DNA of 64,000 nucleotides from Syntrophales bacterium (GTDB lineage: Bacteria; Desulfobacterota; Syntrophia; Syntrophales; UBA2210): positions 1,056,001 through 1,120,000 of the forward strand of contig CAXXKT010000001.1 of assembly GCA_963662405.2 (NCBI GenBank), given 5' to 3'. The position numbers and the translations under genes are program-made. Positions 10,894 through 21,693 of this stretch are shown here, in pieces. Position 1 is the stretch's first letter. Every line of letters starts with the position of its first letter. The notes under the pieces are model-generated. The model saw nothing but the letters and a program-made list of their open reading frames with translations, was not told where the DNA came from and ran no database searches.

Positions 10894-10941
10894 TCCATCC
10901 GGACATGCCGGTGGCAACATGACGAAAGGATAGACGAACGG

Positions 10942-12525
10942 ATGAAGAAGGTTCTGGTAAGCGATACGCTGGCGAAAGAAGGCGTCGAGATATTTAAAAA
11001 TGCCCCGGGGATCGAGGTTGATGTTATGACCGATCTCACCCCCGATGAATTGAAAGAGATTATCAAGAACTATGACGGGTTGGCGATCCGAAGCGCCACC
11101 AAGGTCACCGAGGAAATCATCGATGCGGCCGATAACCTCAAGGTGGTCGGAAGGGCCGGGATCGGTCTGGATAACGTGGCGGTTGCAACGGCGAGTAAGA
11201 AGGGAATCGTCGTCATGAACACCCCCGGTGGGAATACCATTACTACGGCGGAACACGCCATCGCGATGATGCTTTCCCTGGCTCGGAGGATCCCGCAAGC
11301 CACCGCCTCCATGAAAGAGGAAAAGTGGGAGAAAAAACGGTTTATGGGTTCCGAGGTTTCCAACAAGGTACTGGGAATCGTCGGTATCGGCAGGGTGGGC
11401 TCCATTGTGGCCAACAGGGCCATCGGGCTGACCATGGAAGTCATGGCCTATGACCCCTTTATCTCGCAGGAGGCGGCGGAAAAGATGGGCATTACCCTTG
11501 CTTCGCTTGATGAGGTCCTCCGGAAGGCCGATTTTATCTCGGTGCATACCCCTCTGTCGGACGAGACGCGAGGGCTTATTAATGCCGCTTCCTTTGCGAA
11601 GATGAAGGACGGCGTATTCGTAATCAATTGTGCACGGGGCGGGATCATCGATGAAGACGACCTGTATGATGCCCTCGTTTCGGGTAAGGTCGCCGGTGCC
11701 GCCCTTGACGTCTTTGTCGAGGAGCCCACCAAAAACACAAAGCTTCTCTCCCTCGACACGGTTATCTGTACCCCGCACCTCGGTGCCTCTACGGATGAGG
11801 CACAGCGGAATGTCGCCATCGCGGTCGCTCATCAGATCGTCGATTGTTTGACAACCGGCGAGATAAAAAATGCGGTTAATTTTCCTTCTGTCAGCGCGGA
11901 GGCTCTCTCTCTGATCAGACCCTACCTGGCCCTGGGAGAAAAGGTCGGGACATTTGTGGCACAGATCGTCACCGGTGGGATCACGGAAGTCGCCATTGAA
12001 TACAGTGGCGCCATCCTCGACCACAATGTGGCTCCCGTTACCATTTCCTTCCTGAAGGGGCTCCTCACACCGGCCCTGAAAGAAGGGGTCAATTATATCA
12101 ATGCCCCGGTGATTGCCAAGGAGCGCGGTGTCCGCGTCATAGAGTCGAAAAGCAGCGAGGTGAAGGATTACAAAAATATGATCTCCGTTACCGTGAAGAC
12201 GGATAAGATGGAGGCCTTTGCGGCGGGGGCCATATTTGGGAGAGAGGACCTGAGAATCGTCAGGATCAATCAATTTATGTTGGATGTTATCCCGGAAGGG
12301 TTTATGCTGATGCTGTACAACCATGACAAACCCGGTGTCATCGGTAACATAACCACTACCTTGGGAAATGACAACGTCAATATCGCGCGGCTCCACCTGA
12401 GCCGAGAACAGGTCGACGGGAAGGCTTTGGTAGTTCTGAGCACGGATACCCCCGTGTCCAAGGGGACCATGACAAAACTGAAGGAATTACCCAACATCAT
12501 CTCCGTTATCGGAATCGAGATGTAG
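10942..12525 (+). CDS. serA: D-3-phosphoglycerate dehydrogenase
   Basis: GRAGIGLDNV, GIGRVG NAD motif, INCARGG, TPHLGAST, C-terminal ACT domain (DKPGVIG). Confidence 0.96.
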   Translation: MKKVLVSDTLAKEGVEIFKNAPGIEVDVMTDLTPDELKEIIKNYDGLAIRSATKVTEEIIDAADNLKVVGRAGIGLDNVAVATASKKGIVVMNTPGGNTITTAEHAIAMMLSLARRIPQATASMKEEKWEKKRFMGSEVSNKVLGIVGIGRVGSIVANRAIGLTMEVMAYDPFISQEAAEKMGITLASLDEVLRKADFISVHTPLSDETRGLINAASFAKMKDGVFVINCARGGIIDEDDLYDALVSGKVAGAALDVFVEEPTKNTKLLSLDTVICTPHLGASTDEAQRNVAIAVAHQIVDCLTTGEIKNAVNFPSVSAEALSLIRPYLALGEKVGTFVAQIVTGGITEVAIEYSGAILDHNVAPVTISFLKGLLTPALKEGVNYINAPVIAKERGVRVIESKSSEVKDYKNMISVTVKTDKMEAFAAGAIFGREDLRIVRINQFMLDVIPEGFMLMLYNHDKPGVIGNITTTLGNDNVNIARLHLSREQVDGKALVVLSTDTPVSKGTMTKLKELPNIISVIGIEM

Positions 12526-12558
12526 CCTTATCCTGTTGTAAGGCGGAGGTGGAAACCA

Positions 12559-13854
12559 ATGGCACAGGTAATCATAGTCGGTACCCAGTGGGGGGATGAA
12601 GGAAAAGGAAAGATTGTTGACCTCTATGCCCGTGAGGCGGATGTCATCGTTCGTTTCCAGGGTGGGAATAATGCGGGTCACACCCTGGTGGTCGAGGGGC
12701 GGCAGACTATCCTTCATCTGATACCTTCCGGGGTGCTCCATGACCACAAGATCTGCATCCTCGGCAACGGGATGGTGATCGATCCGGCGGTATTGCTCAC
12801 GGAGATTGACGAGCTTTCCGAACAGGATCTCTTTCCTTCCCACACCAGGCTGTACGTTAGCCACAACGCCCACCTCATCATGCCGTATCATCGACGGTTG
12901 GATGGTGCCCGCGAAACAAAAAAAGGGTCGGCGAAGATCGGCACGACCGGGCGGGGAATCGGTCCTGCCTATGAAGACAAGGTCGCGCGCACCGGTATCA
13001 GGGTGTGTGATCTCCTCGACGGCGAACTGTTCAGTGAAATGCTGCATGCCAATGTGGAGGAGAAGAATTTCTCCCTGACGCAATACTACCATGAAAAACC
13101 CGTGGAATATGATGCTATTTTTGATGAGTATTCCGCGTATGCCGATCGTCTCAGACAGTATGTGGCCAACGCATCCCTGATCATGGAGCAGGAAATGAGA
13201 AAGGGACGGGATATCCTGTTGGAAGGTGCCCAGGGGTGTCATCTCGATATCGACCATGGAACGTATCCCTTTGTCACCTCTTCCAACACGGCGGCGGGGA
13301 GCGCCTGCTGCGGCGCGGGGATCGGTCCCACCCGGATAGACGCCGTCATCGGTATCTGTAAGGCGTATACCACCCGGGTCGGCGCGGGGCCGTTCGTCAC
13401 CGAACTGACCGGGGGGGTGGGTGACCGGATGCAGTCCGTCGGGTGCGAGTTTGGTGCCACCACGGGGCGCAAACGCCGGTGCGGGTGGCTCGATATGGTC
13501 CTGGTCAGGCAGTCGATCCGGGTTGCAGGGATCACCGGCATCGCCCTGACGAAACTGGATGTCCTCACCGGGATCGATCCGATCAAGATATGTGTCGGGT
13601 ATAAGATCGGTGCCGAGGTCTTTTCGGAGTCTGTTCCCCCCACCACCAAGGACATCGAGGCGTGCACCCCCGTCTATGAAGAAATGCCGGGGTGGACCGA
13701 AGATATCGGGGGAGCGAAAACGATGGATGATCTTCCCGTCAATGCACGGAAGTATATCATGCGATTGGAAGGGTTGGCGGGTGTCCCGGTTTCTCTGGTT
13801 TCGGTGGGACCGGGCAGAAACGAAACCATTATGCTGACAAACCCGTTTCGATAG
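12559..13854 (+). CDS. purA: Adenylosuccinate synthetase
   Basis: QWGDEGKGK, GGNNAGHT, IGTTGRGIGPAY, GTYPFVTSS, TKLDVL. Confidence 0.97.
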   Translation: MAQVIIVGTQWGDEGKGKIVDLYAREADVIVRFQGGNNAGHTLVVEGRQTILHLIPSGVLHDHKICILGNGMVIDPAVLLTEIDELSEQDLFPSHTRLYVSHNAHLIMPYHRRLDGARETKKGSAKIGTTGRGIGPAYEDKVARTGIRVCDLLDGELFSEMLHANVEEKNFSLTQYYHEKPVEYDAIFDEYSAYADRLRQYVANASLIMEQEMRKGRDILLEGAQGCHLDIDHGTYPFVTSSNTAAGSACCGAGIGPTRIDAVIGICKAYTTRVGAGPFVTELTGGVGDRMQSVGCEFGATTGRKRRCGWLDMVLVRQSIRVAGITGIALTKLDVLTGIDPIKICVGYKIGAEVFSESVPPTTKDIEACTPVYEEMPGWTEDIGGAKTMDDLPVNARKYIMRLEGLAGVPVSLVSVGPGRNETIMLTNPFR

Positions 13855-13882
13855 GCCGTGAAATCCGGGGAGGTAGTTTTCC

Positions 13883-14278
13883 ATTAAAAAGCCTGTGTTG
13901 GAACCGAAAGAACTCCTGCTGCGCTGTGTGAACGCAGCCTTGGAACGGAAGGCCGAAGAGATCGTTATCCTCAGCGTGAAGGATCTCTCCTCTGTGACCG
14001 ATTACTTTGTGATATGCAGTGGAAATTCCGACCGGCAGATACGGTCGCTTGCCGACCACGTCGGGCAGAAACTGAAAAAAGAAGGGGTTTTCCCACTGGG
14101 GATCGAGGGAGAGCGCTCCGGGAGTTGGATCCTGATGGATTACGGTGATGTGATCCTGCACATTTTCTACGGGCCCGTCAGGGAGTTTTATGATATTGAG
14201 GGGTTGTGGTCCGACGCGCCGAAGATGGTTATTGATGAGTCCGTACGGGAGCTGACCGTGCTGCATGAGGATATGTAA
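13883..14278 (+). CDS. rsfS: Ribosome silencing factor
   Basis: TDYFVICSG, WILMDYGDVILHIF, REFYDIEGLW. Start is either GTG 13895 or a non-canonical ATT at 13883 (see findings). Confidence 0.9.
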   Translation: MKKPVLEPKELLLRCVNAALERKAEEIVILSVKDLSSVTDYFVICSGNSDRQIRSLADHVGQKLKKEGVFPLGIEGERSGSWILMDYGDVILHIFYGPVREFYDIEGLWSDAPKMVIDESVRELTVLHEDM

Positions 14279-14999
14279 CGCACAAAATGTAGCTTCAGGT
14301 ATTGTCGATATCCTGCTGCCGCCGACGTGTCCGACGTGCGGGGCAATCCTGCCCGACCCTGCTCAGGGTCCCTTCTGTACCGAGTGTCGTGGTGCTTTCC
14401 ATCGTGTGACCGTTCCGCTCTGTATCTCTTGCGGGTTTCCGTTTCCGGCATCGGCCGGGGCGAACCACCTCTGCGAAGATTGTGTGATATCGCCGCCTCC
14501 CTTCTCGGTAGCACGGGCACTGGGGAGGTATGAGGGGCCGCTCCTCGATGCCATCCATCTATTTAAATATCGCCGGAGGATATCGCTGGGGGAGGCACTG
14601 GGGAGGATGATGGCATATGCCGTGTATGATTCCTTGGTGATAGACGACTATTCTCTGATCATTCCCGTTCCGCTCCATCCGAAGCGTTTGCGGGAGCGGG
14701 GGTTTAATCAGGCGCTCACTCTCGCCCGCGAGGTTGCACGGCGGTATGCCCTCCCTGTTGATCTTCTGGCCCTCAGGAGGCGGGTGCATACCGAGGCACA
14801 GGTGAAACTTGCAGGAAAGGAGCGCAAGGCAAATATGCGAGAGGCCTTTGCAATACAAGATCGGGGAAGGATAGACGGAGAAGAAATACTGTTGATTGAT
14901 GACGTCTACACCACCGGTAGCACGGTTATGGAATGTGCACGGGTCCTGATGCGAAACGGAGCGCGAAAGGTGGCGGTCCTCACGTTGGCGAGGGCCTGA
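14265..14999 (+). CDS. ComF family protein (double zinc ribbon + phosphoribosyltransferase)
   Basis: Four CxxC motifs, VPLHPKRLRERGFNQA, LLIDDVYTTGST. Confidence 0.92.
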   Translation: MRICNAQNVASGIVDILLPPTCPTCGAILPDPAQGPFCTECRGAFHRVTVPLCISCGFPFPASAGANHLCEDCVISPPPFSVARALGRYEGPLLDAIHLFKYRRRISLGEALGRMMAYAVYDSLVIDDYSLIIPVPLHPKRLRERGFNQALTLAREVARRYALPVDLLALRRRVHTEAQVKLAGKERKANMREAFAIQDRGRIDGEEILLIDDVYTTGSTVMECARVLMRNGARKVAVLTLARA

Positions 15000-15003
15000 G
15001 AAG

Positions 15004-15540
15004 ATGACAAGAGAGGAGCGCGGGCAGATGCATGTGAGCGGAAAGATACTGTCCAAAGAAGCATTGAAAAACCACTGCGCGGCGCGCAAACGGGAAGGGA
15101 AGCGCATTGTTTTCACCAACGGCTGTTTCGATATTCTCCACATCGGGCATGTCAAGTACCTCGAGCAGGCAAAGGGATTGGGTGATATCCTGATTCTCGC
15201 TCTCAACAGCGATGCCTCGGTACGAGCCATCAAGGGGGCGTTGAGACCGGTTGTCCACCAGGATGAGAGGGCGTATGTCGTGGCATCTCTCGAAGTGGTC
15301 GATTATGTAACCATCTTCACGGAAGAGACCCCCCTCGCGCTGATCGAGTATCTGAAACCTGATATCCTGGTGAAGGGAGGAGACTGGAGCCGCGAGACGG
15401 TTGTGGGGGGTGAATCGGTCGAACGGAACGGGGGGCAGGTTGTCATCATCCCGCAGGTCAGCGAAACCGCAACGGATACTGCGGCTTCGACAACAAGCAT
15501 TATAGACAGAGTAATCCAGGCGTATTCCAAGGAAACGTGA
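15004..15540 (+). CDS. rfaE2: D-glycero-beta-D-manno-heptose 1-phosphate adenylyltransferase (RfaE domain II)
   Basis: VFTNGCFDILHIGHVKYL, LNSDASV, PDILVKGGDW, STTSII. Start could be 15028. Confidence 0.92.
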   Translation: MTREERGQMHVSGKILSKEALKNHCAARKREGKRIVFTNGCFDILHIGHVKYLEQAKGLGDILILALNSDASVRAIKGALRPVVHQDERAYVVASLEVVDYVTIFTEETPLALIEYLKPDILVKGGDWSRETVVGGESVERNGGQVVIIPQVSETATDTAASTTSIIDRVIQAYSKET

Positions 15541-15610
15541 TTTTGCTTTACAAAAATAGTTCCATAGGATATAGGGGGCGTTCAATGAAAGAAGGTGGAG
15601 ATGGGGGTCA

Positions 15611-15973
15611 ATGAAACCGGAGCAGCTTGAGTATTTCAGAAACCTTTTCACGCAAAAGATCGAAGAGCTATTGGGTGAGGCCGGCAAAACCGTTTCCGAG
15701 ATGACTGGTGGAACGGAGAGCTTCCCTGATGTCACCGACAGGGCTTCCCAGGAATCCGACAGGAACTTTGAACTCAGGATCAGGGACCGGGAACGGAAAT
15801 TGGCGAAGAAGATGAGAGAAGCCTTGGAGCGTATCGAGGATGGCACTTTCGGTATCTGCGAGGTGTGCGGGAAAAAGATATCCGACAAGAGATTGCTGGC
15901 ACGCCCGGTTACCACGCTCTGCATTGAATGCAAGACAAAACAGGAGGAACAGGAAAAACAGAGGGGAGAGTGA
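15611..15973 (+). CDS. dksA: RNA polymerase-binding transcription factor DksA
   Basis: [10 protein letters not shown] coiled-coil tip (DxxDxA), CEVC...RLLARP...CIEC zinc finger. Confidence 0.92.
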   Translation: MKPEQLEYFRNLFTQKIEELLGEAGKTVSEMTGGTESFPDVTDRASQESDRNFELRIRDRERKLAKKMREALERIEDGTFGICEVCGKKISDKRLLARPVTTLCIECKTKQEEQEKQRGE

Positions 15974-16088
15974 GGCCTTTTCTCCCCGCGCTCGGTTGTT
16001 TCTCTTTGTCCATGAAGACGGCATGTCGTTGTGTCGTTTCCTCGAGTATCCGTAGATTGATGCCGTTCCGGTATCGCCCGCGCCGTAA

Positions 16089-16871
16089 ATGAATAAATCG
16101 GTACATCATATTGTTGTTGGCACGTGTTTCGTGGTGTTGAGCCTTGCCTCTGCGGGGCATGCCTACGTCTTGTCCAGTGAGCAAATGTTGCGGCCGTTTC
16201 TGAAGATGCTCAGAGGTGTCGATACCGTCAGGATCGATATGGCGACTACCATTTACGATGAGCCAACGGCGCCGAGAGAGGTCAGGGAGCAACTCCTGGT
16301 AAAGAAGGGGGGGCGATTCAGGGCGGAAAGAATATTCCCGAGCGGACTCAATATCCTCATGCAGGATGGGCGAAAGGCCCGTGTCGGCGGCCTTCAGACA
16401 CAAGATCCCGACGGACGGAGGATCGACACCGTCTTTCCGACCCTTTTTTCCCAACGATCCAGGGAAGATCTCCTCAATACCCTCAATTACCTCGGGGTGG
16501 ATACACAGACCGTCGGTATCGACCGCATGAACGGGACCGTGGCCTTTGTCGTCGGTGAGCCCCTTGAGCAGAAACCGGGAAGCAGACTATGGGTCGAGCA
16601 GAAACGACGCCTTCCATTGCGATTTGTCGGGGTCGGGATATCCGGCGGAGAAACCGTTACCCTGATGGCTGAATACACGGAATATCGCCAGGTTGATACC
16701 GGCCTCTGGTTTCCCGGAAGGATCGAGTACCATCGGAATGGCAGCTTGCGGGCTGTCAGTGTTATGCGCACGATCTCCCTCAATGAGACACTGGACGAGT
16801 CCCTTTTCAACGGGCACCCGGGAACGGTGGGATGGCTCCCGGTCTCTGATTTTCTCAACATCAAGGAATAA
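16089..16871 (+). CDS. Exported hypothetical protein, possibly LolA/LolB-like fold
   Basis: Signal peptide ending AGHA; beta-rich body with WFPGRI and a terminal LDESLF motif typical of lipoprotein-carrier-like proteins. Confidence 0.6.
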   Translation: MNKSVHHIVVGTCFVVLSLASAGHAYVLSSEQMLRPFLKMLRGVDTVRIDMATTIYDEPTAPREVREQLLVKKGGRFRAERIFPSGLNILMQDGRKARVGGLQTQDPDGRRIDTVFPTLFSQRSREDLLNTLNYLGVDTQTVGIDRMNGTVAFVVGEPLEQKPGSRLWVEQKRRLPLRFVGVGISGGETVTLMAEYTEYRQVDTGLWFPGRIEYHRNGSLRAVSVMRTISLNETLDESLFNGHPGTVGWLPVSDFLNIKE

Positions 16872-16874
16872 CCG

Positions 16875-19280
16875 GTGTTTATCAACGTCGCGGTCGGCAT
16901 ACCATCTACGGGGCTCTTCACCTACCGTGTCCCTGATGGTATGGAGGGACGGATAGCCGTCGGTAAACGGGTTCTTGTCCCCTTCGGACGGAGGCGGGTC
17001 ACCGGTTATATTATCGAATCGGTTTCTTCGACGGACGTCTCACCTGTGAAAGATATTATCGATATCCTGGATGATATCCCACTCTTCAACGAAGAAGACC
17101 TCGCATTCTACCGGTGGACTTCGGAATACTATCTTTATCCTCTGGGGAAGACCCTCGGCGTTGCCCTGCCCGGCGGGATCGATGTGACGAGTAATCGGTG
17201 GGTCCGGCTGTCCGGTGAGCGGCCGGTGAGCGGCGATGCACTCTCCGATGCCCAGCAAGCGATCATCGAGACGCTGGACGGATATCCTCAGGGACTGCCC
17301 GCCCGCACACTGAAGAAGATCATGCAAAGAAAGAATCTTCTCCCCGATTTGTGCAAGCTTGAAGCGCTTCGGCATCTCATCATGGAGGACCGGCTCGGGA
17401 AGGCCGCAGTGGGCAGGAAGCAGGAGACGATCGTCACGGCGCGGTCTCCCCTCCCGGAGGGGCTTCGGTTGACGGAGAAACAGAAAAATATCTACCGATT
17501 CCTGGAGCGAAACGGGGAGACCGAACTGTCGATCCTCCGCACGAAATTCAAGAATATCAGGGCCTCAGTGACACGGATGGAACGAAAGGGACTTGTTTCC
17601 CTGTCATCTCAGGAGGTCTACCGGAGCCCGATCTTGTCCCCCCGTATCGGCGGCGGGGCAGTGGACATCCATCTGAATGATGAACAGGAAACAGCACTCG
17701 GAGAGATCACGCACGCGATCGTATCCGGGATGTTCTCTCCCTTTCTCCTTCACGGTGTTACCGGGAGCGGGAAGACGGAGGTCTATCTCAAGGCTATCGA
17801 ACAGGTCCTCCTCTTGGGGGGAAGCGCCATCTATCTCGTTCCGGAGATCACCCTGACCCCCCAACTGATGAGCCGAATACGCAGCAGATTTGACAAAAGT
17901 CTTATCGCCATACTGCACAGTGGTGTCGGACGGAGTGCAAAGTATGACGAATGGCGTCGAATCCAGCGAGGGGAGGCTCGAATCGTCATCGGGGCCCGAT
18001 CGGCCATTTTCGCCCCGGTCAAGGAACTGCGGCTCCTGATTGTCGATGAAGAACATGACACATCATACAAGCAGGGAGATCACCTCCCTTACAATGCGCG
18101 CGATCTGGCGATCGTGCGGGCGAAACAGAGATCCGCTACGGTAGTGCTGGGGTCGGCGACCCCCGCCGTTCAGACGTACTTCAACACACAGGCGAAGGAC
18201 TTTACACTCCTCGAGTTGACAAAACGAGTGGCGGGGCGTGATCTCCCTCATGTCGATATTATCGACATGAAGAAAGAAAATGGGCCTCCTCTCCTCTCCT
18301 CGGCCCTCATACAGGCCATCGGAGAGACCCTCGCAAAGGGAAATCAAACGCTCCTTTTCCTCAATAGGAGAGGGTTTCACACCTTTCTTTACTGTCTCGA
18401 TTGTGGTTACCAGTTCAAATGTCTTAACTGCTCCGTCTCCATGACCCATCATATGAGCGACGGATCACTGCGGTGTCACTACTGCGACTTCCACATCAAG
18501 GCCCCGTCGATCTGTCCGACCTGTGGTGGCACCCGGATACGCAGTTACGGGATCGGGACCGAGCGGATCGAGGAGGAGGTTACAAGCCTCTTCCCGAACG
18601 CGCGGGTTGCAAGGATGGACAGTGATTCCACCGCGCAGCGAGGGGCATACGGTAAAATACTCACCGCTCTCGACCGGGGGGAAATCGATATCCTGGTGGG
18701 GACACAGATGATTACGAAGGGGCACGATTTTCCCGGTGTCACCCTGGTGGGGGTGGTAGCGGCGGACACTTCTCTGAATATCCCCGATTTCCGGGCGGCG
18801 GAAAAGACCTTTCAGATCCTGACACAGGTATCGGGCAGGGGGGGGAGAGGCGATTCCCCCGGACGGGTAATCATCCAGACCATGAACCCGAAGAACAGTG
18901 CGGTACAGCAGGCCCGCCGACATGACTATGCCGGATTCTACCATGAAGAGCTTATCCAGCGCCGGGAGCTTGAGTATCCCCCCTTCGGCCGGATGGTCAA
19001 TCTCGCTATTTCCTCGACGAATGAAGTTGTCGCGGGTGAATCCGCGGGGAAATTACATGCGATTGCGATCGATATGATACGCCGTTCACACGGTTCCGTT
19101 GTGGTCTTGGGCCCCGTGGAGGCCCCCTTGTACAAGGTCAAGGGGCGGTACCGGTGGCAGTTGATCCTGAAAGGGACGGACAGATCGGCCCTCCATTCTC
19201 TGACCAGAAGCATCCTGTCATGCGGAATGGCTCCCGGTGTACGCATCCGGGCGGATGTCGATCCGATCAATTTTATGTAG
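16875..19280 (+). CDS. priA: Primosomal protein N' (replication restart helicase)
   Basis: HGVTGSGKTEVY, VDEEHD, SATP, four CxxC zinc motifs, GTQMITKGHDFP. Confidence 0.96.
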   Translation: MFINVAVGIPSTGLFTYRVPDGMEGRIAVGKRVLVPFGRRRVTGYIIESVSSTDVSPVKDIIDILDDIPLFNEEDLAFYRWTSEYYLYPLGKTLGVALPGGIDVTSNRWVRLSGERPVSGDALSDAQQAIIETLDGYPQGLPARTLKKIMQRKNLLPDLCKLEALRHLIMEDRLGKAAVGRKQETIVTARSPLPEGLRLTEKQKNIYRFLERNGETELSILRTKFKNIRASVTRMERKGLVSLSSQEVYRSPILSPRIGGGAVDIHLNDEQETALGEITHAIVSGMFSPFLLHGVTGSGKTEVYLKAIEQVLLLGGSAIYLVPEITLTPQLMSRIRSRFDKSLIAILHSGVGRSAKYDEWRRIQRGEARIVIGARSAIFAPVKELRLLIVDEEHDTSYKQGDHLPYNARDLAIVRAKQRSATVVLGSATPAVQTYFNTQAKDFTLLELTKRVAGRDLPHVDIIDMKKENGPPLLSSALIQAIGETLAKGNQTLLFLNRRGFHTFLYCLDCGYQFKCLNCSVSMTHHMSDGSLRCHYCDFHIKAPSICPTCGGTRIRSYGIGTERIEEEVTSLFPNARVARMDSDSTAQRGAYGKILTALDRGEIDILVGTQMITKGHDFPGVTLVGVVAADTSLNIPDFRAAEKTFQILTQVSGRGGRGDSPGRVIIQTMNPKNSAVQQARRHDYAGFYHEELIQRRELEYPPFGRMVNLAISSTNEVVAGESAGKLHAIAIDMIRRSHGSVVVLGPVEAPLYKVKGRYRWQLILKGTDRSALHSLTRSILSCGMAPGVRIRADVDPINFM

Positions 19281-20922
19281 GCCTGTCCGGTTTCTTCCGC
19301 CCCCATTCAGCATCACGCAGATCGACGCGTTTGATCTTCCCGCTGACCGTCTTGGGGAGTTCCGTTACGAACTGAATCTTACGGGGGTACTTATAGGGGG
19401 CCGTGGCCCCCTTGACGTGCTCCTGGAGTTCTCGCACCAGCTCCCCACTCCCGGTAAATCCCGGGGCAAGGACCACGAAGGCCTTGACCACCTCGCCGCG
19501 CATCGAATCCGGGCTGGAGACAACCGCCGATTCCGCCACGGCAGGGTGTTCGATCAGGGCACTCTCCACCTCGAAGGGACCGATCCGATACCCCGAGGTC
19601 AGGATAACGTCATCAGCCCGCCCCACGAACCAGAAATAACCGTCTTCGTCGACGGAGGCCCGGTCCCCCGTCAGGTACCAGTCTCCCCGGTGTGATGCCG
19701 CCGTTTTTTCGGGATCTTTCCAATATTCCCTGAAGAGACCGAGGGGACGCTCCGGTTTCACCCGGATAGCGATATCCCCTTCAACGCCGGGGGGACGGAC
19801 CGATCCCTCGTCATCGATGACCTGGAGATCGAAACCGGGGGTCCTCTTCCCCATGGAGCCGAAGCGCGGTTCGATACAGGGGAAAGAAGCACAGAGACAG
19901 ACCGTTTCCGTCTGGCCGTACCCGTCTCGAATCGTGATTCCCGTTGCCTCCTTCCAGGCGTCGATTATTTCGGCATTGAGCGGCTCTCCGGCACCGACGC
20001 AGTGGCGCAGTGTCGGGAAGGTGCAGTCACTCAGGTCCTGGAGGACCAGCATCCGGTAGAGAGTGGGCGGGCCACACATGGTTGTGATCGGATACTGCCG
20101 AAGAGCGGCGAGGGTCATGGCGGGGTCGATCCGGTCCGCGGTATGGACAAAGACGGCTGCCCCACAATACCACGGGCCGAAATAACTGCTCCATGCGGCC
20201 TTTGCCCACCCGGTGTCACTGATGTTCCAGTGGAGGTCGTCGGGGGTCAGGTCGAGCCAGTACCGTCCCGTCACCTGATGCCCGAGGGGGTACGAGGTGT
20301 GCGTGTGGAGTGTCATTTTCGGGTAACCGGTCGTCCCGGAGGTGAAAAAGACGATGGCACCTTCATCGCTCGTGGTGTCTGCCGTTTCGAAAGCCTCCGG
20401 GGCATTGCGAAGCGCCTCATCGTATGGAATCCATCCCTCTCGCGGGTCCCCGACGATCAATCGTGTCCTGAGTGTCGGGCATTGGTCCGACACCGCTTCC
20501 AGCTTCGGGGCATTGGCAGGGTCCGTGATGAAGCAGGCCGCGCCTGCCGCATTGATCCGGTACGCGATATCCTTGGCGGTCAGTTGAGTGGTGCCGGGGA
20601 TAATGATGACCCCCATGCGGAGACAGGCAGTCATGATCTCCCACCACGCGGGTTGGCGGTTCAGGATGACCATTACCACCTCACCGCGCCTGACCCCCTC
20701 ACGGCTCAAGACGGTGGCGAGTTTTCGGGACGCCCTGCCGATGTCGAGAAAGGTCCGCCTGGATTCCTCCCCTCCTTCCGAGATTGACCACAGGGCGAGC
20801 TTGTCGGGGTCCTCGGCCCATCGGTCGACGATATCTCTCGCAAAGTTGAATCGTTCAGGAACGTTCCATCTGAATTCGGCGTACTCTCTCTCATAATCGG
20901 TCATGTTGCGTGCGCTGGTCAT
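19273..20922 (-). CDS. Medium-chain acyl-CoA synthetase (AMP-forming, ACSM-like)
   Basis: FFTSGTTGYPK, SDTGWAK, DGYGQTET, GRADDVI, YRIGPFEVESAL, PYKYPR, LPKTVSGKI; start 20922 or 20904. Confidence 0.92.
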   Translation of the reverse strand: MTSARNMTDYEREYAEFRWNVPERFNFARDIVDRWAEDPDKLALWSISEGGEESRRTFLDIGRASRKLATVLSREGVRRGEVVMVILNRQPAWWEIMTACLRMGVIIIPGTTQLTAKDIAYRINAAGAACFITDPANAPKLEAVSDQCPTLRTRLIVGDPREGWIPYDEALRNAPEAFETADTTSDEGAIVFFTSGTTGYPKMTLHTHTSYPLGHQVTGRYWLDLTPDDLHWNISDTGWAKAAWSSYFGPWYCGAAVFVHTADRIDPAMTLAALRQYPITTMCGPPTLYRMLVLQDLSDCTFPTLRHCVGAGEPLNAEIIDAWKEATGITIRDGYGQTETVCLCASFPCIEPRFGSMGKRTPGFDLQVIDDEGSVRPPGVEGDIAIRVKPERPLGLFREYWKDPEKTAASHRGDWYLTGDRASVDEDGYFWFVGRADDVILTSGYRIGPFEVESALIEHPAVAESAVVSSPDSMRGEVVKAFVVLAPGFTGSGELVRELQEHVKGATAPYKYPRKIQFVTELPKTVSGKIKRVDLRDAEWGRKKPDRPT

Positions 20923-21120
20923 TGGAATTATCCCCCCACAATATATTTTAAAGCCATATTGTACGATACAATATATTGATAAAGAATATGTGTCAAAGAG
21001 AATCTTGCTTTCCCCTCCGAAACCCTCCTGTTTCATAAAATAATATCATGCGGGCACAGCGTACCCCGGTGAGGCGTCGAAGAGGCGCTGCTCTCCGACA
21101 CGGGGTTTCATGAGCGACGG

Positions 21121-21693
21121 TTATTCGATGATGATATCCTCCAGGAGACGCTTGGGCACATGATGCACGCCCGTTTCATCCCTCCAGTAGTTGACGCTGC
21201 CGGAAGAGACCAGGTCCTCCAGGACTACTTCTTCCTTCGGTTTTCCAAGGGCGATGATGAGCGCAATCTCCAGGTGTGCGGGGATATCGAATTTTCCCCG
21301 CAGCACCTCGCGTTGTATCGAGGCAATCATGCACCCTCCCAACCCCTTTTCCGTTGCGCCGAGGAGAATGCTCTGGGCCGCAATGCCGACATCGCATTTC
21401 AGGAAGGCATTGCTCAGTTGGGTATCCTCCAGCACGATGATGTACGCCGAAGGGCGTTCACCCTCTGAGGGCCCCGGCCAGTCCTTCAGGGCGGCAGCCC
21501 ACGAAAGGGTTGCGAATATCGCGGCATTTGTGTCGGGATCACAGGATACAATGTATTTCAACGGCTGCTGGTTGGCCGCCGAGGCACTCAATCTGGCAAG
21601 ATCCACCAACTCCCGCAGGGTGTCACGCCTGACGGCGGCATCCTGATGGAAACGGCGGAAGCTCCGGTTCTTTGATACGAGGTCTTTGATCAT
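21121..21693 (-). CDS. Nitroreductase family flavoprotein
   Basis: RSFRRF, SAANQQPLKY, DVGIAAQSILLGA, GLGGCMI, HHVPKR. Confidence 0.88.
   Translation of the reverse strand: MIKDLVSKNRSFRRFHQDAAVRRDTLRELVDLARLSASAANQQPLKYIVSCDPDTNAAIFATLSWAAALKDWPGPSEGERPSAYIIVLEDTQLSNAFLKCDVGIAAQSILLGATEKGLGGCMIASIQREVLRGKFDIPAHLEIALIIALGKPKEEVVLEDLVSSGSVNYWRDETGVHHVPKRLLEDIIIE

Noticed and set aside
345..12396. Long antisense ORFs (e.g. 345-1913, 4925-6349, 10771-12396, and similar ones elsewhere)
   Set aside because: They are shadows of well-supported genes on the opposite strand, expected with GC-biased codon usage, and have no recognisable motifs.
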